DNA of 64,000 nucleotides from Cyanobacteria bacterium P01_A01_bin.123. Its GTDB lineage: Bacteria; Cyanobacteriota; Cyanobacteriia; Phormidesmidales; Phormidesmidaceae. Location of the stretch: NCBI GenBank assembly GCA_039815185.1, contig JBCBZT010000015.1, positions 32,001-96,000 on the forward strand. Direction: 5' to 3'. The position numbers were made by a program, and so were the translations under genes. The notes under the pieces are model-generated. The model was not told the origin of the DNA and ran no database searches. It was given only the letters and a program-made list of their open reading frames with translations. Shown here one piece after another: positions 40,573-49,545 of this stretch (positions are counted from its first letter, which is position 1; each line of letters starts with the position of its first letter).

Positions 40573-41280
40573 ATGACAGAAGCCGCAGAACAAACAGGAA
40601 ATGTCTTATTAGTGGATGACGAGCCAGGGCTGCGGGAAGCCGTTCAGGCTTATTTGGAAGACAGCGGTTTTACGGTGCGGGTTGCCAGCAACGCCACAGA
40701 AGGTTGGGAACTGCTCCAGCAAGGCACCCCTGATGTGTTGATTTCAGACATTATGATGCCCCAGGTAGATGGGTATCAGTTTCTCCAGCAGGTGCGTGAA
40801 GATCCCCGGTTTAAATCATTGCCCGTGGTGTTTTTGACGGCGCGGGGCATGACCAGCGATCGCATCCAGGGCTACAACGCTGGTGTAGATCATTATCTGT
40901 CTAAACCCTTTGACCCCGAAGAATTGGTCGCCATTGTCACCAACTTGACCCAGCGCCGCACCGCTGCTGTTGCTAGCGGTGATGTCAACCCTGACATCGC
41001 GGCTATGGCGCGCCAAATCGAAGAAATTCGGGCCCTATTAACCCAGCGCGGCACCATTGCCCAAACCCCCGCCCCAATTCGCATTGATCTCACTCCCCGT
41101 GAACAAAGCGTGTTGGATTTGGTGGCCGAAGGGCTGATGAATAAAGAAATTGCCCGCCAGCTTGAAACCAGTGTTCGCAACGTCGAGAAATATGTCAGCC
41201 GCCTGTTTAGCAAAACTGGTACGAACAGCCGTACCGAACTCGTGCGCTACGCCCTAGAACATGGCTTGGTGACGACCTGA
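40573..41280 (+). CDS. ycf29: NarL-type response regulator (Ycf29/Rre1-like)
   Basis: REC domain (LVDDE, SDIMMP, KPF) plus LuxR HTH GLMNKEIA..LETSVRNVEKYVSRLFSKTGT. Confidence 0.85.
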   Translation: MTEAAEQTGNVLLVDDEPGLREAVQAYLEDSGFTVRVASNATEGWELLQQGTPDVLISDIMMPQVDGYQFLQQVREDPRFKSLPVVFLTARGMTSDRIQGYNAGVDHYLSKPFDPEELVAIVTNLTQRRTAAVASGDVNPDIAAMARQIEEIRALLTQRGTIAQTPAPIRIDLTPREQSVLDLVAEGLMNKEIARQLETSVRNVEKYVSRLFSKTGTNSRTELVRYALEHGLVTT

Positions 41281-41330
41281 ATCTAGTCACGACTTGAAAT
41301 TGGGTAAAGACTTGAAATTGAGAGACTACT

Positions 41331-41561
41331 ATGGCTTCTAATCCCCGTGAATCACTGAGTCTGGCCCACGGTGCGACAATTACTGTCACGCTCAACCCTG
41401 ACTTATTAGCTGAGGTTGATCAGTTGACCGACGATCGCGATCGCGCCATTGAAGATGCCCTCGAACTCTGGTGCCGCCAACAACATCAGGCTCGGCTGCA
41501 TCACTTGGCCGAAGTTCACCAGCAACGCCACAATGATGACGAAACAGGTTGGCTAGTGTAG
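41331..41561 (+). CDS. Small RHH-like hypothetical protein
   Basis: ITVTLNPDLLAEVDQL..DRDRAIEDALELW. Confidence 0.7.
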   Translation: MASNPRESLSLAHGATITVTLNPDLLAEVDQLTDDRDRAIEDALELWCRQQHQARLHHLAEVHQQRHNDDETGWLV

Positions 41562-41664
41562 CCGTAGTCACCAAGCTTTGTGCGCTACGGCAAGCCAGAT
41601 TGCTTAGATGCTGCTGAAGATTTCATCGCTACCCGGTGCATTGAGCAATCTGGCCAATGCCATA
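41557..41664 (-). mobile_element. MITE-like repeat family A copy (reverse orientation)
   Basis: Reverse-complement homologue of 43407-43511; overlaps the TAG stop of the upstream gene. Confidence 0.7.
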
Positions 41665-41831
41665 TCACCTGGCTCAATCCGGATGGGCTATCTGGCCTAA
41701 GAACTATTTATTTGGTTAGAGAATTGGCCTTTAGGCTAGCTTTGGCTTGCCCTGGCTAGGTAAACTTTTGAAAGCAGTGCAGCGTCGTTCTTAGCGTACA
41801 CAAACAGCATTAAATACACAGGATTATTACC

Positions 41832-43295
41832 ATGGCGGTAGCTCTTTCTCCGGCTTCTTTCATCGATAAGCCGATTAAGTTTGGCACAGACGGTTGGCGT
41901 GGCGTGATCGCAGCGGATTTCACCTTTGGGCGAGTGGCTCAGGTGGCAGGGGCAGCGGCTCAAGTGCTGAAGCAACAGTTTGCTGACACGGGGAGCAACA
42001 CTGTGATCGTGGGGTACGACCGACGGTTTTTGTCTCCCGAGTTTGCCCAGGTAGCCGCAGACGCGATCGCAGCGTTGGGCTTTACCGTTATGCTGTCGGC
42101 TTCCTATGCCCCGACCCCTGCCTTTAGCTGGGCTGCAAAAGCCAACAATGCTTTGGGAGCCATTGTGATCACCGCCAGCCATAACCCAGCAGCCTATTCG
42201 GGATTAAAGATTAAGGGAGCCTTCGGTGGGTCTGTCTCTCCAGATGTCACCAAATTGGTAGAAGCCCGCTTGGGGAAACCTGAACCAAAGGCAGCAACCC
42301 CAGGCGAAGTGACGCAGTTTGATCCCTGGCCTAGCTACTGTGGTGGTATTCAGGCCCAGGTTGATATTGAAGCGATTCGCACTGCCGTCGCTAATGGCAA
42401 GCTGACCGTATTTGCTGACGTCATGCACGGATCCGCAGCCAGTGGGGTAGAGCGGATTTTAGGTCTACCGATTCATGAACTGAATGGTGATGCTGATCCT
42501 CTGTTTGGTGGTGGTGCACCGGAACCACTCCCCAAGTATCTGGGGGAGAGTCTAGCCACGATCAAAGCCTACGAACCCGAAACCCCTGGAGGGCAAATTG
42601 TGGGTTTGGTGTTCGATGGCGACAGTGATCGGATTGCTGCCATTGATGGAGCAGGCAATTTCTTGAGTTCCCAAATTTTAATTCCCATTTTGATTGAGCA
42701 CCTTGCTGTTCGCCGGGGACTCAAAGGGGAAGTGATCAAAACCATTAGTGGCTCTAACTTAATGCCCGCAGTGGCCAAGCTTTTTGATCTATCTGTGTAC
42801 GAAACGCCTATTGGCTACAAGTACATTGCCGACCGTATGTTAGAGTCTCACGCGCTAATCGGCGGTGAAGAATCGGGCGGGGTAGGCTATGGTCACCATA
42901 TTCCAGAACGAGATGCGCTGCTGTCTGCGATGTATGTGCTAGAAGCCGTGGTTCTAGCCGGAGCAGACTTGAGCGATCTTTACAGCAAGCTGCAAACCGC
43001 TACCGGTTACTCCTCAGAGTACGACCGGATTGATTTGCCCCTAGCCAATATGGAGGTACGGGCCAAGCTACTGGCTCAACTTGAGCAAAATCGACCTCAA
43101 GCAGTGGCAGGTAAAGCGGTGAAAGATTGCCTTGCCATTGATGGCTACAAGTTCACCCTCGAAGACGGCAGTTGGCTGCTAATTCGCTTTAGCGGCACGG
43201 AACCCGTTCTCAGACTGTACTCTGAAGCGCAGACTTTAGAAGAAGTACACAAGCATTTAGCTTGGGCAAAAGACTGGGCCAACGCCATTGGCTAA
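41832..43295 (+). CDS. Phosphoglucomutase/phosphomannomutase
   Basis: FGTDGWRG, TASHNP, FDGDSDR, GGEESGG and RFSGTEP. Confidence 0.95.
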   Translation: MAVALSPASFIDKPIKFGTDGWRGVIAADFTFGRVAQVAGAAAQVLKQQFADTGSNTVIVGYDRRFLSPEFAQVAADAIAALGFTVMLSASYAPTPAFSWAAKANNALGAIVITASHNPAAYSGLKIKGAFGGSVSPDVTKLVEARLGKPEPKAATPGEVTQFDPWPSYCGGIQAQVDIEAIRTAVANGKLTVFADVMHGSAASGVERILGLPIHELNGDADPLFGGGAPEPLPKYLGESLATIKAYEPETPGGQIVGLVFDGDSDRIAAIDGAGNFLSSQILIPILIEHLAVRRGLKGEVIKTISGSNLMPAVAKLFDLSVYETPIGYKYIADRMLESHALIGGEESGGVGYGHHIPERDALLSAMYVLEAVVLAGADLSDLYSKLQTATGYSSEYDRIDLPLANMEVRAKLLAQLEQNRPQAVAGKAVKDCLAIDGYKFTLEDGSWLLIRFSGTEPVLRLYSEAQTLEEVHKHLAWAKDWANAIG

Positions 43296-43354
43296 CGCCA
43301 AAGTGCCTTAGATAACCATCTCTTGGTTATGCCGTCGCTCTAATCAACGTCGAG

Positions 43355-43387
43355 GCCACCCAGTTTATTGCTGCTGGGTGGCTTTTT
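43355..43387 (+). terminator. Rho-independent terminator
   Basis: GCCACCCAG...CTGGGTGGC followed by TTTTT. Confidence 0.8.
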
Positions 43388-43406
43388 GTCGTCGCGATCG
43401 CCAAAA

Positions 43407-43511
43407 TATAGCGCTGGCCAGATTGCTTAATGCACCGAGTACCGCTGGGATGCTCAGTACACAAGCAATCTGGTTCGCGGTAGCGCACAAAGCTTTGTGG
43501 CTACCGCTATA
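43407..43511 (+). mobile_element. MITE-like repeat family A, full-length 105-bp copy
   Basis: Termini TATAGCG...CGCTATA; internal CCAGATTGCTT/AAGCAATCTGG and GCGGTAGC/GCTACCGC stems. Confidence 0.75.
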
Positions 43512-44031
43512 AATGTGACCAAAATCACCTGCGAGCCCTATCTCAATTACGTCAAACCCTGCTGAAATATCACGTCAGTGTCAAAATCTCCATCACCCCA
43601 CAAAGCTGCTGTTTCGCCGATGATGAAACTAGTGGTAGCAAATTAATCGGCCTATTCCTCAGCAGCCACCATCACTATATTTCTGAATCGGAATAACCTA
43701 TTGAGATTTGCCTTACCTGGGCTGCAATCACAGCATACTGAACAATTAACAAGAATTTTTACTTCGCCATTCGTAATTGCACGGAGACGCTGTGCAGCTG
43801 GAGTTAACCCGTGAAATGTTCAACCCATGTGGCTTTGAGCCGTATGGGTTGAATTCAAGCTGAGAAGGGCGCTGATGAAGTGCTGCTCCATGTCAGGATT
43901 TTCCGCATTGTCTTAGCTAACCTAGATCGCCCAACATAGTCTTGACAGCAACTTTTCATAAAAAGTTCCTACTTGTCACGCTCTCGCGTTCACCCTATTT
44001 AACCGTTCGCCCCTTACCCTGAGAAATCGTT

Positions 44032-44223
44032 ATGCTGCATCGCCATCATCCCTGCTGCCGAAAACGTGTTGTCCGCAACAGTTTGCTTCTGTTCTTCCTT
44101 TGGATTACTGCGCTATGGACCCTTTACGACGTGCGGTACTCTAACATGGGCGGCACAGCCCAGTATCAAAAACTTCAGCGTTTAGCGTGGTACGGTGTGG
44201 TGCTGAAAGCAAATCAGCCCTAG
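44032..44223 (+). CDS. Possible small single-TM protein
   Basis: 63-aa ORF with one hydrophobic helix; no recognisable family. Confidence 0.35.
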   Translation: MLHRHHPCCRKRVVRNSLLLFFLWITALWTLYDVRYSNMGGTAQYQKLQRLAWYGVVLKANQP

Positions 44224-44314
44224 TTCTAGGTCAATCCCGTTATTCCAAATGCCTCGCGATCGCGTTTCAAAGCAGGCTAAACTGCCCAAGGAGCACCCTG
44301 CAGTTGAAACACCT

Positions 44315-45184
44315 ATGGCTTCTGGTTTGACTCGCACTCAACAGCACGCTTGCTTTGGCGGCACTGTTGAGTATTACACCCATCCTTCTAACGAATGCAG
44401 CTGCGATATGCAGTTTGCCGTTTTTGTGCCACCCCAAGCTAGCCATGGGCCTGTGCCCGTGGTCTACTACCTGTCTGGATTGACCTGCACCGAAGAAAAC
44501 TTTACGGCTAAAGCTGGAGCCCAGCGCACTGCCGCTGAACTTGGGTTGATGGTGGTCGCGCCCGATACCAGTCCGCGGGGTAAGGACGTACCCGACGACG
44601 CAGAGGCTTGGGACTTTGGCAAAGGGGCCGGATTTTATGTCGATGCCACCCAAGCGCCTTGGGATTCCAATTACCGCATGTACAGTTACATCACGGTAGA
44701 ACTGCCTGCTTTGATTCAGCAGCATTTTCCGGCTAGAGGCGATCGCCAGGGAATTTTTGGCCATTCCATGGGGGGGCATGGTGCCCTAGTTTGTGGCTTG
44801 CGCAACCCCGATAAATATCGCTCAATCTCAGCCTTTGCCCCGATTGCTGCTCCGATGCAGTGCCCTTGGGGCGAAAAAGCCTTTGAGGGATATCTCGGTA
44901 GCGATCGCGCCACTTGGTCAGCCTATGACGCTACTGAGCTCGTCAAACACCATGCCGATCCAACTCGCCCAATTTTGATCGACCAGGGCACTGCAGATAG
45001 CTTCCTAACTCAAAAGCAACTCCTCCCCGACGTGTTTGAAACCGCCTGCAAAGCCGCTGGACAACCCCTCACCCTCCGCATGCAGCCCGACTATGATCAC
45101 GGCTACTACTTTATGGCTACCTTCATGGCCGATCACCTGCACCACCACTTTGCCGCTTTAAGCCAGTCAGTTGTCAGCCAATAA
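44315..45184 (+). CDS. fghA: S-formylglutathione hydrolase
   Basis: LSGLTCTEENF, PDTSPRG, GAGFYVDAT, GHSMGGHG and YDHGYYF. Confidence 0.95.
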   Translation: MASGLTRTQQHACFGGTVEYYTHPSNECSCDMQFAVFVPPQASHGPVPVVYYLSGLTCTEENFTAKAGAQRTAAELGLMVVAPDTSPRGKDVPDDAEAWDFGKGAGFYVDATQAPWDSNYRMYSYITVELPALIQQHFPARGDRQGIFGHSMGGHGALVCGLRNPDKYRSISAFAPIAAPMQCPWGEKAFEGYLGSDRATWSAYDATELVKHHADPTRPILIDQGTADSFLTQKQLLPDVFETACKAAGQPLTLRMQPDYDHGYYFMATFMADHLHHHFAALSQSVVSQ

Positions 45185-45238
45185 CCCCCTTGCTCCTGCT
45201 CCCCCCATCTTCCTAATCAATTTGCAACTCCATCCCAA

Positions 45239-45910
45239 CTATTTCCCCACCAGTTTGCCAGCCCCTGGCAACTCAGGGCGTAAATGCATCGGTAAGTGAA
45301 TGCAGTCATTGAATACTTCTACAAAGGGGCCGTAGCTGGCCATTGAGATTACGGTGAGGCCAGCGACAGGCATGGCCAGGCGATCGCGGTAACGCCCTGT
45401 ATCCACACCCAACAGTGTGCAGAGCATAATCCGCAATGTCGCTTTGTGGGACACAATCAGGACATTACCGGTCGGGTAACGATTTTCAATTTCGTCTAGG
45501 ACTGCTGAACTGCGGTGGGCTACCCGCACCCCCTTTTCACCAGCTGTGGGTGCATTCCACCCCGGATCGGCTAGCCAGCGCATGTAGTCGTCGTGGAATC
45601 GTTGATCCACGGTCGCAGGGGATAACCCTTCCCATTGACCAAAATCCAGTTCTCTGAGTCCGTCACGCTTTTGGATGTCTAGTCCCGATGTTGAAGCCAG
45701 GGATTCATAGAGGGGCTTGACCGTTGCGATCGCATGGCTAAGCGGGCTACAAAAAATTGCTGTCCAAGGCAATTGGTAATAGGCTTTGGCAAAGTGATCA
45801 GCCATTCCCTGTCCCCGAGTAGTCAGGGGCACCCCATCATGGCTGCAATAACAGCCTGTCCGGGAATATTCTGTTTCTCCGTTGCGCAACAGGTAAAGCT
45901 TTAAGCTCAT
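45239..45910 (-). CDS. Histidine phosphatase-family protein with a degenerate active site
   Basis: RNG replaces RHG; SPLSHA replaces SPL.RA; ELDFGQWEG and VSHKAT retained. Confidence 0.85.
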   Translation of the reverse strand: MSLKLYLLRNGETEYSRTGCYCSHDGVPLTTRGQGMADHFAKAYYQLPWTAIFCSPLSHAIATVKPLYESLASTSGLDIQKRDGLRELDFGQWEGLSPATVDQRFHDDYMRWLADPGWNAPTAGEKGVRVAHRSSAVLDEIENRYPTGNVLIVSHKATLRIMLCTLLGVDTGRYRDRLAMPVAGLTVISMASYGPFVEVFNDCIHLPMHLRPELPGAGKLVGK

Positions 45911-45923
45911 GGTGATGACTCAC

Positions 45924-46568
45924 TCAAGTACTCGGTAAGGCTCGCAATCGTTCCCCCAAGTGTGATCGATCGGCAATCCGGTGAAATCGTGGCCCCCGAG
46001 ATGCCAACTCTACAATGCTGACGGCGGCAACGGGCATATCCATGCGATCGCGATAGCGCCCCACATCAATGCCCAGCAGCAAAGACAACATAATGCGGAT
46101 AGTGGCCTTGTGGGACACAATCAACACGTTGCCATCGTCATAGGTTTGCTCGATGGTGTCGAGCACCTGCGACGCCCGTCGAGCAATATCCACCGCCCTT
46201 TCACCCCCAGTTGGTGCAGACCAGGCCGGATCAGTCAGCCAGCTTAAATAATCATCGTGAAATTGGATATCTACGACATCCGGGGGTAACCCTTCCCACT
46301 GGCCATACATGACCTCGCGCAACCCTGCTTGCAGCTGCATGTCCAATCCCACTTGTTGACAAAAGGGGGTGGCCGTTTCAATCGCCCGTCGCAGCGGACT
46401 CACATAGGCTGCTCGCCAAGGTAAATGGGCATAGGCATCCGCAAAAGCCTCTGACATTTGATGCCCCTCTACCGTTAAACCCGGATCATTTTCTGGGGTG
46501 CCGCAATAGCCCCCGGTCAAGCTGTAGGCCGTTTGACCATGGCGCAAAAAATAAAGAACGGCTCCCAT
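45924..46568 (-). CDS. Histidine phosphatase-family protein
   Basis: LRHGQT, SPLRRA, EVMYGQWEG and VSHKAT. Confidence 0.92.
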   Translation of the reverse strand: MGAVLYFLRHGQTAYSLTGGYCGTPENDPGLTVEGHQMSEAFADAYAHLPWRAAYVSPLRRAIETATPFCQQVGLDMQLQAGLREVMYGQWEGLPPDVVDIQFHDDYLSWLTDPAWSAPTGGERAVDIARRASQVLDTIEQTYDDGNVLIVSHKATIRIMLSLLLGIDVGRYRDRMDMPVAAVSIVELASRGPRFHRIADRSHLGERLRALPST

Positions 46569-46759
46569 CGTGCAGCAACCTGAAATATAGGCACACTGCC
46601 AATCTACCCGATTAAACTGCGAAATGGGTTAAGGGTGAACCGATGAGGCGTTCATAATGCCTTGATTCGGGATTGGCGTGGCGTCTGCAACCCGTTCGAT
46701 CGCAACCAAAACATTGCGGAATTTAACCATCTGTCTTTGTATATTTTAGTGACTCTGTT

Positions 46760-47275
46760 TTGGAGAGCTTGCTTGTGAAGATTGTTCTGCGTTCTAATCG
46801 TCTGGCGCTGTTTGTATTGTTTGGTATGACGGTTTTAATTGGCTTTGAGGCTGCTACGGCTGCCGCTGCCTTAGCCCAGGGGCAAGACACCCAAGCTTGC
46901 CCTTACGAATGGCAAGCGCTGCAACCCTATGCTGAGGTGATTACCCAAAATGATCCGTTGTCGCTACGAGAAACCCCTGGTGGACGTATCATCGGTGTCA
47001 TCCCTAAAGGCTGGGCAGTGGTTACGCTGGCGCAGAGCTCAGACGGTCAATGGACGCGGGTGACCAATCAATATGGCTACATCGGTCGCTTCACGTTTGA
47101 CGACACTAACCTCGATAGCGCCTGGGTATCGACTCGCTATCTGCAAGATTTGGGTGAATTTTGCGAAAAGCCAATTTCGATGTTGCAGACATCATTGAGT
47201 GCTGCCAGCCAAGCTCAGCAATACGCGGTCAATGAAGATTGGCTACACTTGGGCGATCGCATTGCCCTCTCCTAG
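46760..47275 (+). CDS. Secreted SH3b-like domain protein
   Basis: Signal peptide; PLSLRETPGG..IG.IPKG, GQWTRV and AWVSTRYL; start uncertain. Confidence 0.7.
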   Translation: MESLLVKIVLRSNRLALFVLFGMTVLIGFEAATAAAALAQGQDTQACPYEWQALQPYAEVITQNDPLSLRETPGGRIIGVIPKGWAVVTLAQSSDGQWTRVTNQYGYIGRFTFDDTNLDSAWVSTRYLQDLGEFCEKPISMLQTSLSAASQAQQYAVNEDWLHLGDRIALS

Positions 47276-47283
47276 CTGCAAGC

Positions 47284-48021
47284 TTAGAACAGCGATCGCA
47301 GATACTCGCGGCGCATCCGCGCGATCGCGCTAATTGAGATGCCCTTGGGGCACACCGCTTCACATTCACCGTGGTTTGAACAGTCGCCAAATCCCTCAGT
47401 GGCCATTTGCTCAGTCATCGCGACAACCCGTCGTTTGCGTTCTGGTTCACCCTGGGGCAGCAGTGACAGATGGGCAATTTTCGCTGCCGTAAACAGTGAG
47501 GCTGATGCATTGGGGCAGGCCGCAACGCAAGCACCACAGCCAATACAGGTGGCATAGTCAAAGGCGAGATCGGCATCAGCTTTAGCCACAGGTAGTGCAT
47601 TGGCCTCAGGGGCTGAGCCAGTTTTGATAGAGATGTAGCCTCCGGCAGTGATGATTCGATCGAAGGCAGCGCGATCGACCACAAGATCTTTAACCACAGG
47701 AAACGCCGCTGCCCGCCAAGGTTCCACTAACAGCGTATCGCCGTCTTGAAACGCACGCAGGTATAACTGACAGGCCGACGTTTGTTGTTGAGGCCCGTGG
47801 GCTTGACCATTGATCATCATGCCGCAGGAGCCGCAGATGCCTTCACGACAGTCGTGGTCAAACTCAATTGGCTCTTCACCCTGGTGGATCAACTGCTCGT
47901 TCAGCACATCTAGCAGTTCTAAAAATGACATGTCAGGTTGGGCATTGGGCACCGTGTAGTGCGCAAACTGTCCGGGCTGATCTGCCCCTGGCTGCCGCCA
48001 TACCTTCAAGTGGAGTTTCAT
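47284..48021 (-). CDS. sdhB: Succinate dehydrogenase/fumarate reductase Fe-S subunit
   Basis: [22 protein letters not shown] and [12 protein letters not shown]. Confidence 0.93.
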   Translation of the reverse strand: MKLHLKVWRQPGADQPGQFAHYTVPNAQPDMSFLELLDVLNEQLIHQGEEPIEFDHDCREGICGSCGMMINGQAHGPQQQTSACQLYLRAFQDGDTLLVEPWRAAAFPVVKDLVVDRAAFDRIITAGGYISIKTGSAPEANALPVAKADADLAFDYATCIGCGACVAACPNASASLFTAAKIAHLSLLPQGEPERKRRVVAMTEQMATEGFGDCSNHGECEAVCPKGISISAIARMRREYLRSLF

Positions 48022-48204
48022 CACAGGTGTTGTTGCCAATCCCAACCCATCATGGCTTAGCCTAACGCAAGGGGCTATTCTAATAGCCGGATTATAAGCA
48101 TCCCTTTGGGTTGGTGTATCCGCTCGTCTGAGTCTGGATAGACTAAACTCTGATTACTGTTAACGTACAGCGATCGCATCAACTGCACCCTTCGTTACCC
48201 CTAT

Positions 48205-49545
48205 ATGTCTCCAGTTATTCCCCTCCAGTTTGTCAACGCCGAAGATCTCAAACAACAACCCGATACTGTACGCCTTTGGGCCAGCACTGCTGGCTTCAAG
48301 GCTGACCCCGGCAGCCACTGCCTGGTGCCTGATAGTCAAGGTGCAATCGCAACTGTATTAGTTGGCACTCCTGCCGCATTGGATACTTGGACGTTAGGGA
48401 AACTAGCCCAAAGCTTGCCGCCCAATCGTTATACCTTAAGCGTAGATCTCGATGGCGAAACCGCTACCAAGTTGTGCCTCGGCTGGCAATTGGGGCAGTA
48501 TCGATTCACTAAGTATAAAAATGGCTCAAGTGCGTTACCAGAATTGGTATTTCCGGCTGGGGTAGACGATGCTTACGTTCAAGCCTCAGTAACCGCTACT
48601 ACCCTTGTCCGCGATCTGATCAATACGCCCGTCAATGACATGGGGCCAGACCAGCTCGAAGCTGCTGCCCAAACCCTGGCCCAGCAGTACCAAGCCGCTA
48701 TTCAGGTCACTGTGGACGAGGCACTCCTAGCCCAAAACTACCCGATGATTCACGCCGTAGGTCGCGCCAATGACCAACCCCCGCGCTTAATCGACCTGCT
48801 TTGGGGTGACCCCAATCACCCCAAAGTTACCCTAGTCGGCAAGGGGGTGTGCTTCGACACGGGCGGACTCAATATTAAGAACAGCAGCGGTATGAAGCTG
48901 ATGAAAAAAGATATGGGCGGAGCCGCTCAGGTCTTAGGCTTAGCCAGCTTAATCATGCAGATGCAGCTACCTGTACAGCTACGCGTGTTGATTCCCGCTG
49001 TAGAGAACAGCATTACGAATAATGCCATACGTCCCTCAGATATATTGCCGTCGCGTAAAGGCGTCACCATAGAAATTGGCAACACTGACGCCGAAGGCCG
49101 CTTGGTGTTAGCTGATGCCCTATGGGAAGCCGTGAGCGACCCCCCTGATCTGCTGATTGACTGTGCGACCCTGACAGGTGCTGCCCGTGTTGCCCTAGGC
49201 GCTGAACTCCCCGCCTTCTTCTGCAACCATGGGCCAACGGCTGAAGCCCTTAAAGCGGTTGGAGAGGCTTGCGACGATCCATTATGGCAACTGCCACTGC
49301 ACGCCCCTTATCGAGAAATGCTCTCAAGCAAAATCGCCGATCTCAATAATATTTCCAATACCTCCTACGGTGGCTCGATTACGGCAGCACTGTTCTTACA
49401 GGAATTTGTCAAACCAGACGTCCCCTGGATTCACATCGACTTCATGGCCTGGAACCTGCGTGCCCTGCCCGGACGTCCCGAAGGCGGTGATGCTATGGGT
49501 ATGCGGGCATTGTTTGCATTGATTCGAGATCAAGTAGTGGGTTAG
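48205..49545 (+). CDS. M17 leucyl aminopeptidase
   Basis: GKGVCFDTGG, MKKDMGG, NTDAEGRL and ATLTGA. Confidence 0.95.
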   Translation: MSPVIPLQFVNAEDLKQQPDTVRLWASTAGFKADPGSHCLVPDSQGAIATVLVGTPAALDTWTLGKLAQSLPPNRYTLSVDLDGETATKLCLGWQLGQYRFTKYKNGSSALPELVFPAGVDDAYVQASVTATTLVRDLINTPVNDMGPDQLEAAAQTLAQQYQAAIQVTVDEALLAQNYPMIHAVGRANDQPPRLIDLLWGDPNHPKVTLVGKGVCFDTGGLNIKNSSGMKLMKKDMGGAAQVLGLASLIMQMQLPVQLRVLIPAVENSITNNAIRPSDILPSRKGVTIEIGNTDAEGRLVLADALWEAVSDPPDLLIDCATLTGAARVALGAELPAFFCNHGPTAEALKAVGEACDDPLWQLPLHAPYREMLSSKIADLNNISNTSYGGSITAALFLQEFVKPDVPWIHIDFMAWNLRALPGRPEGGDAMGMRALFALIRDQVVG

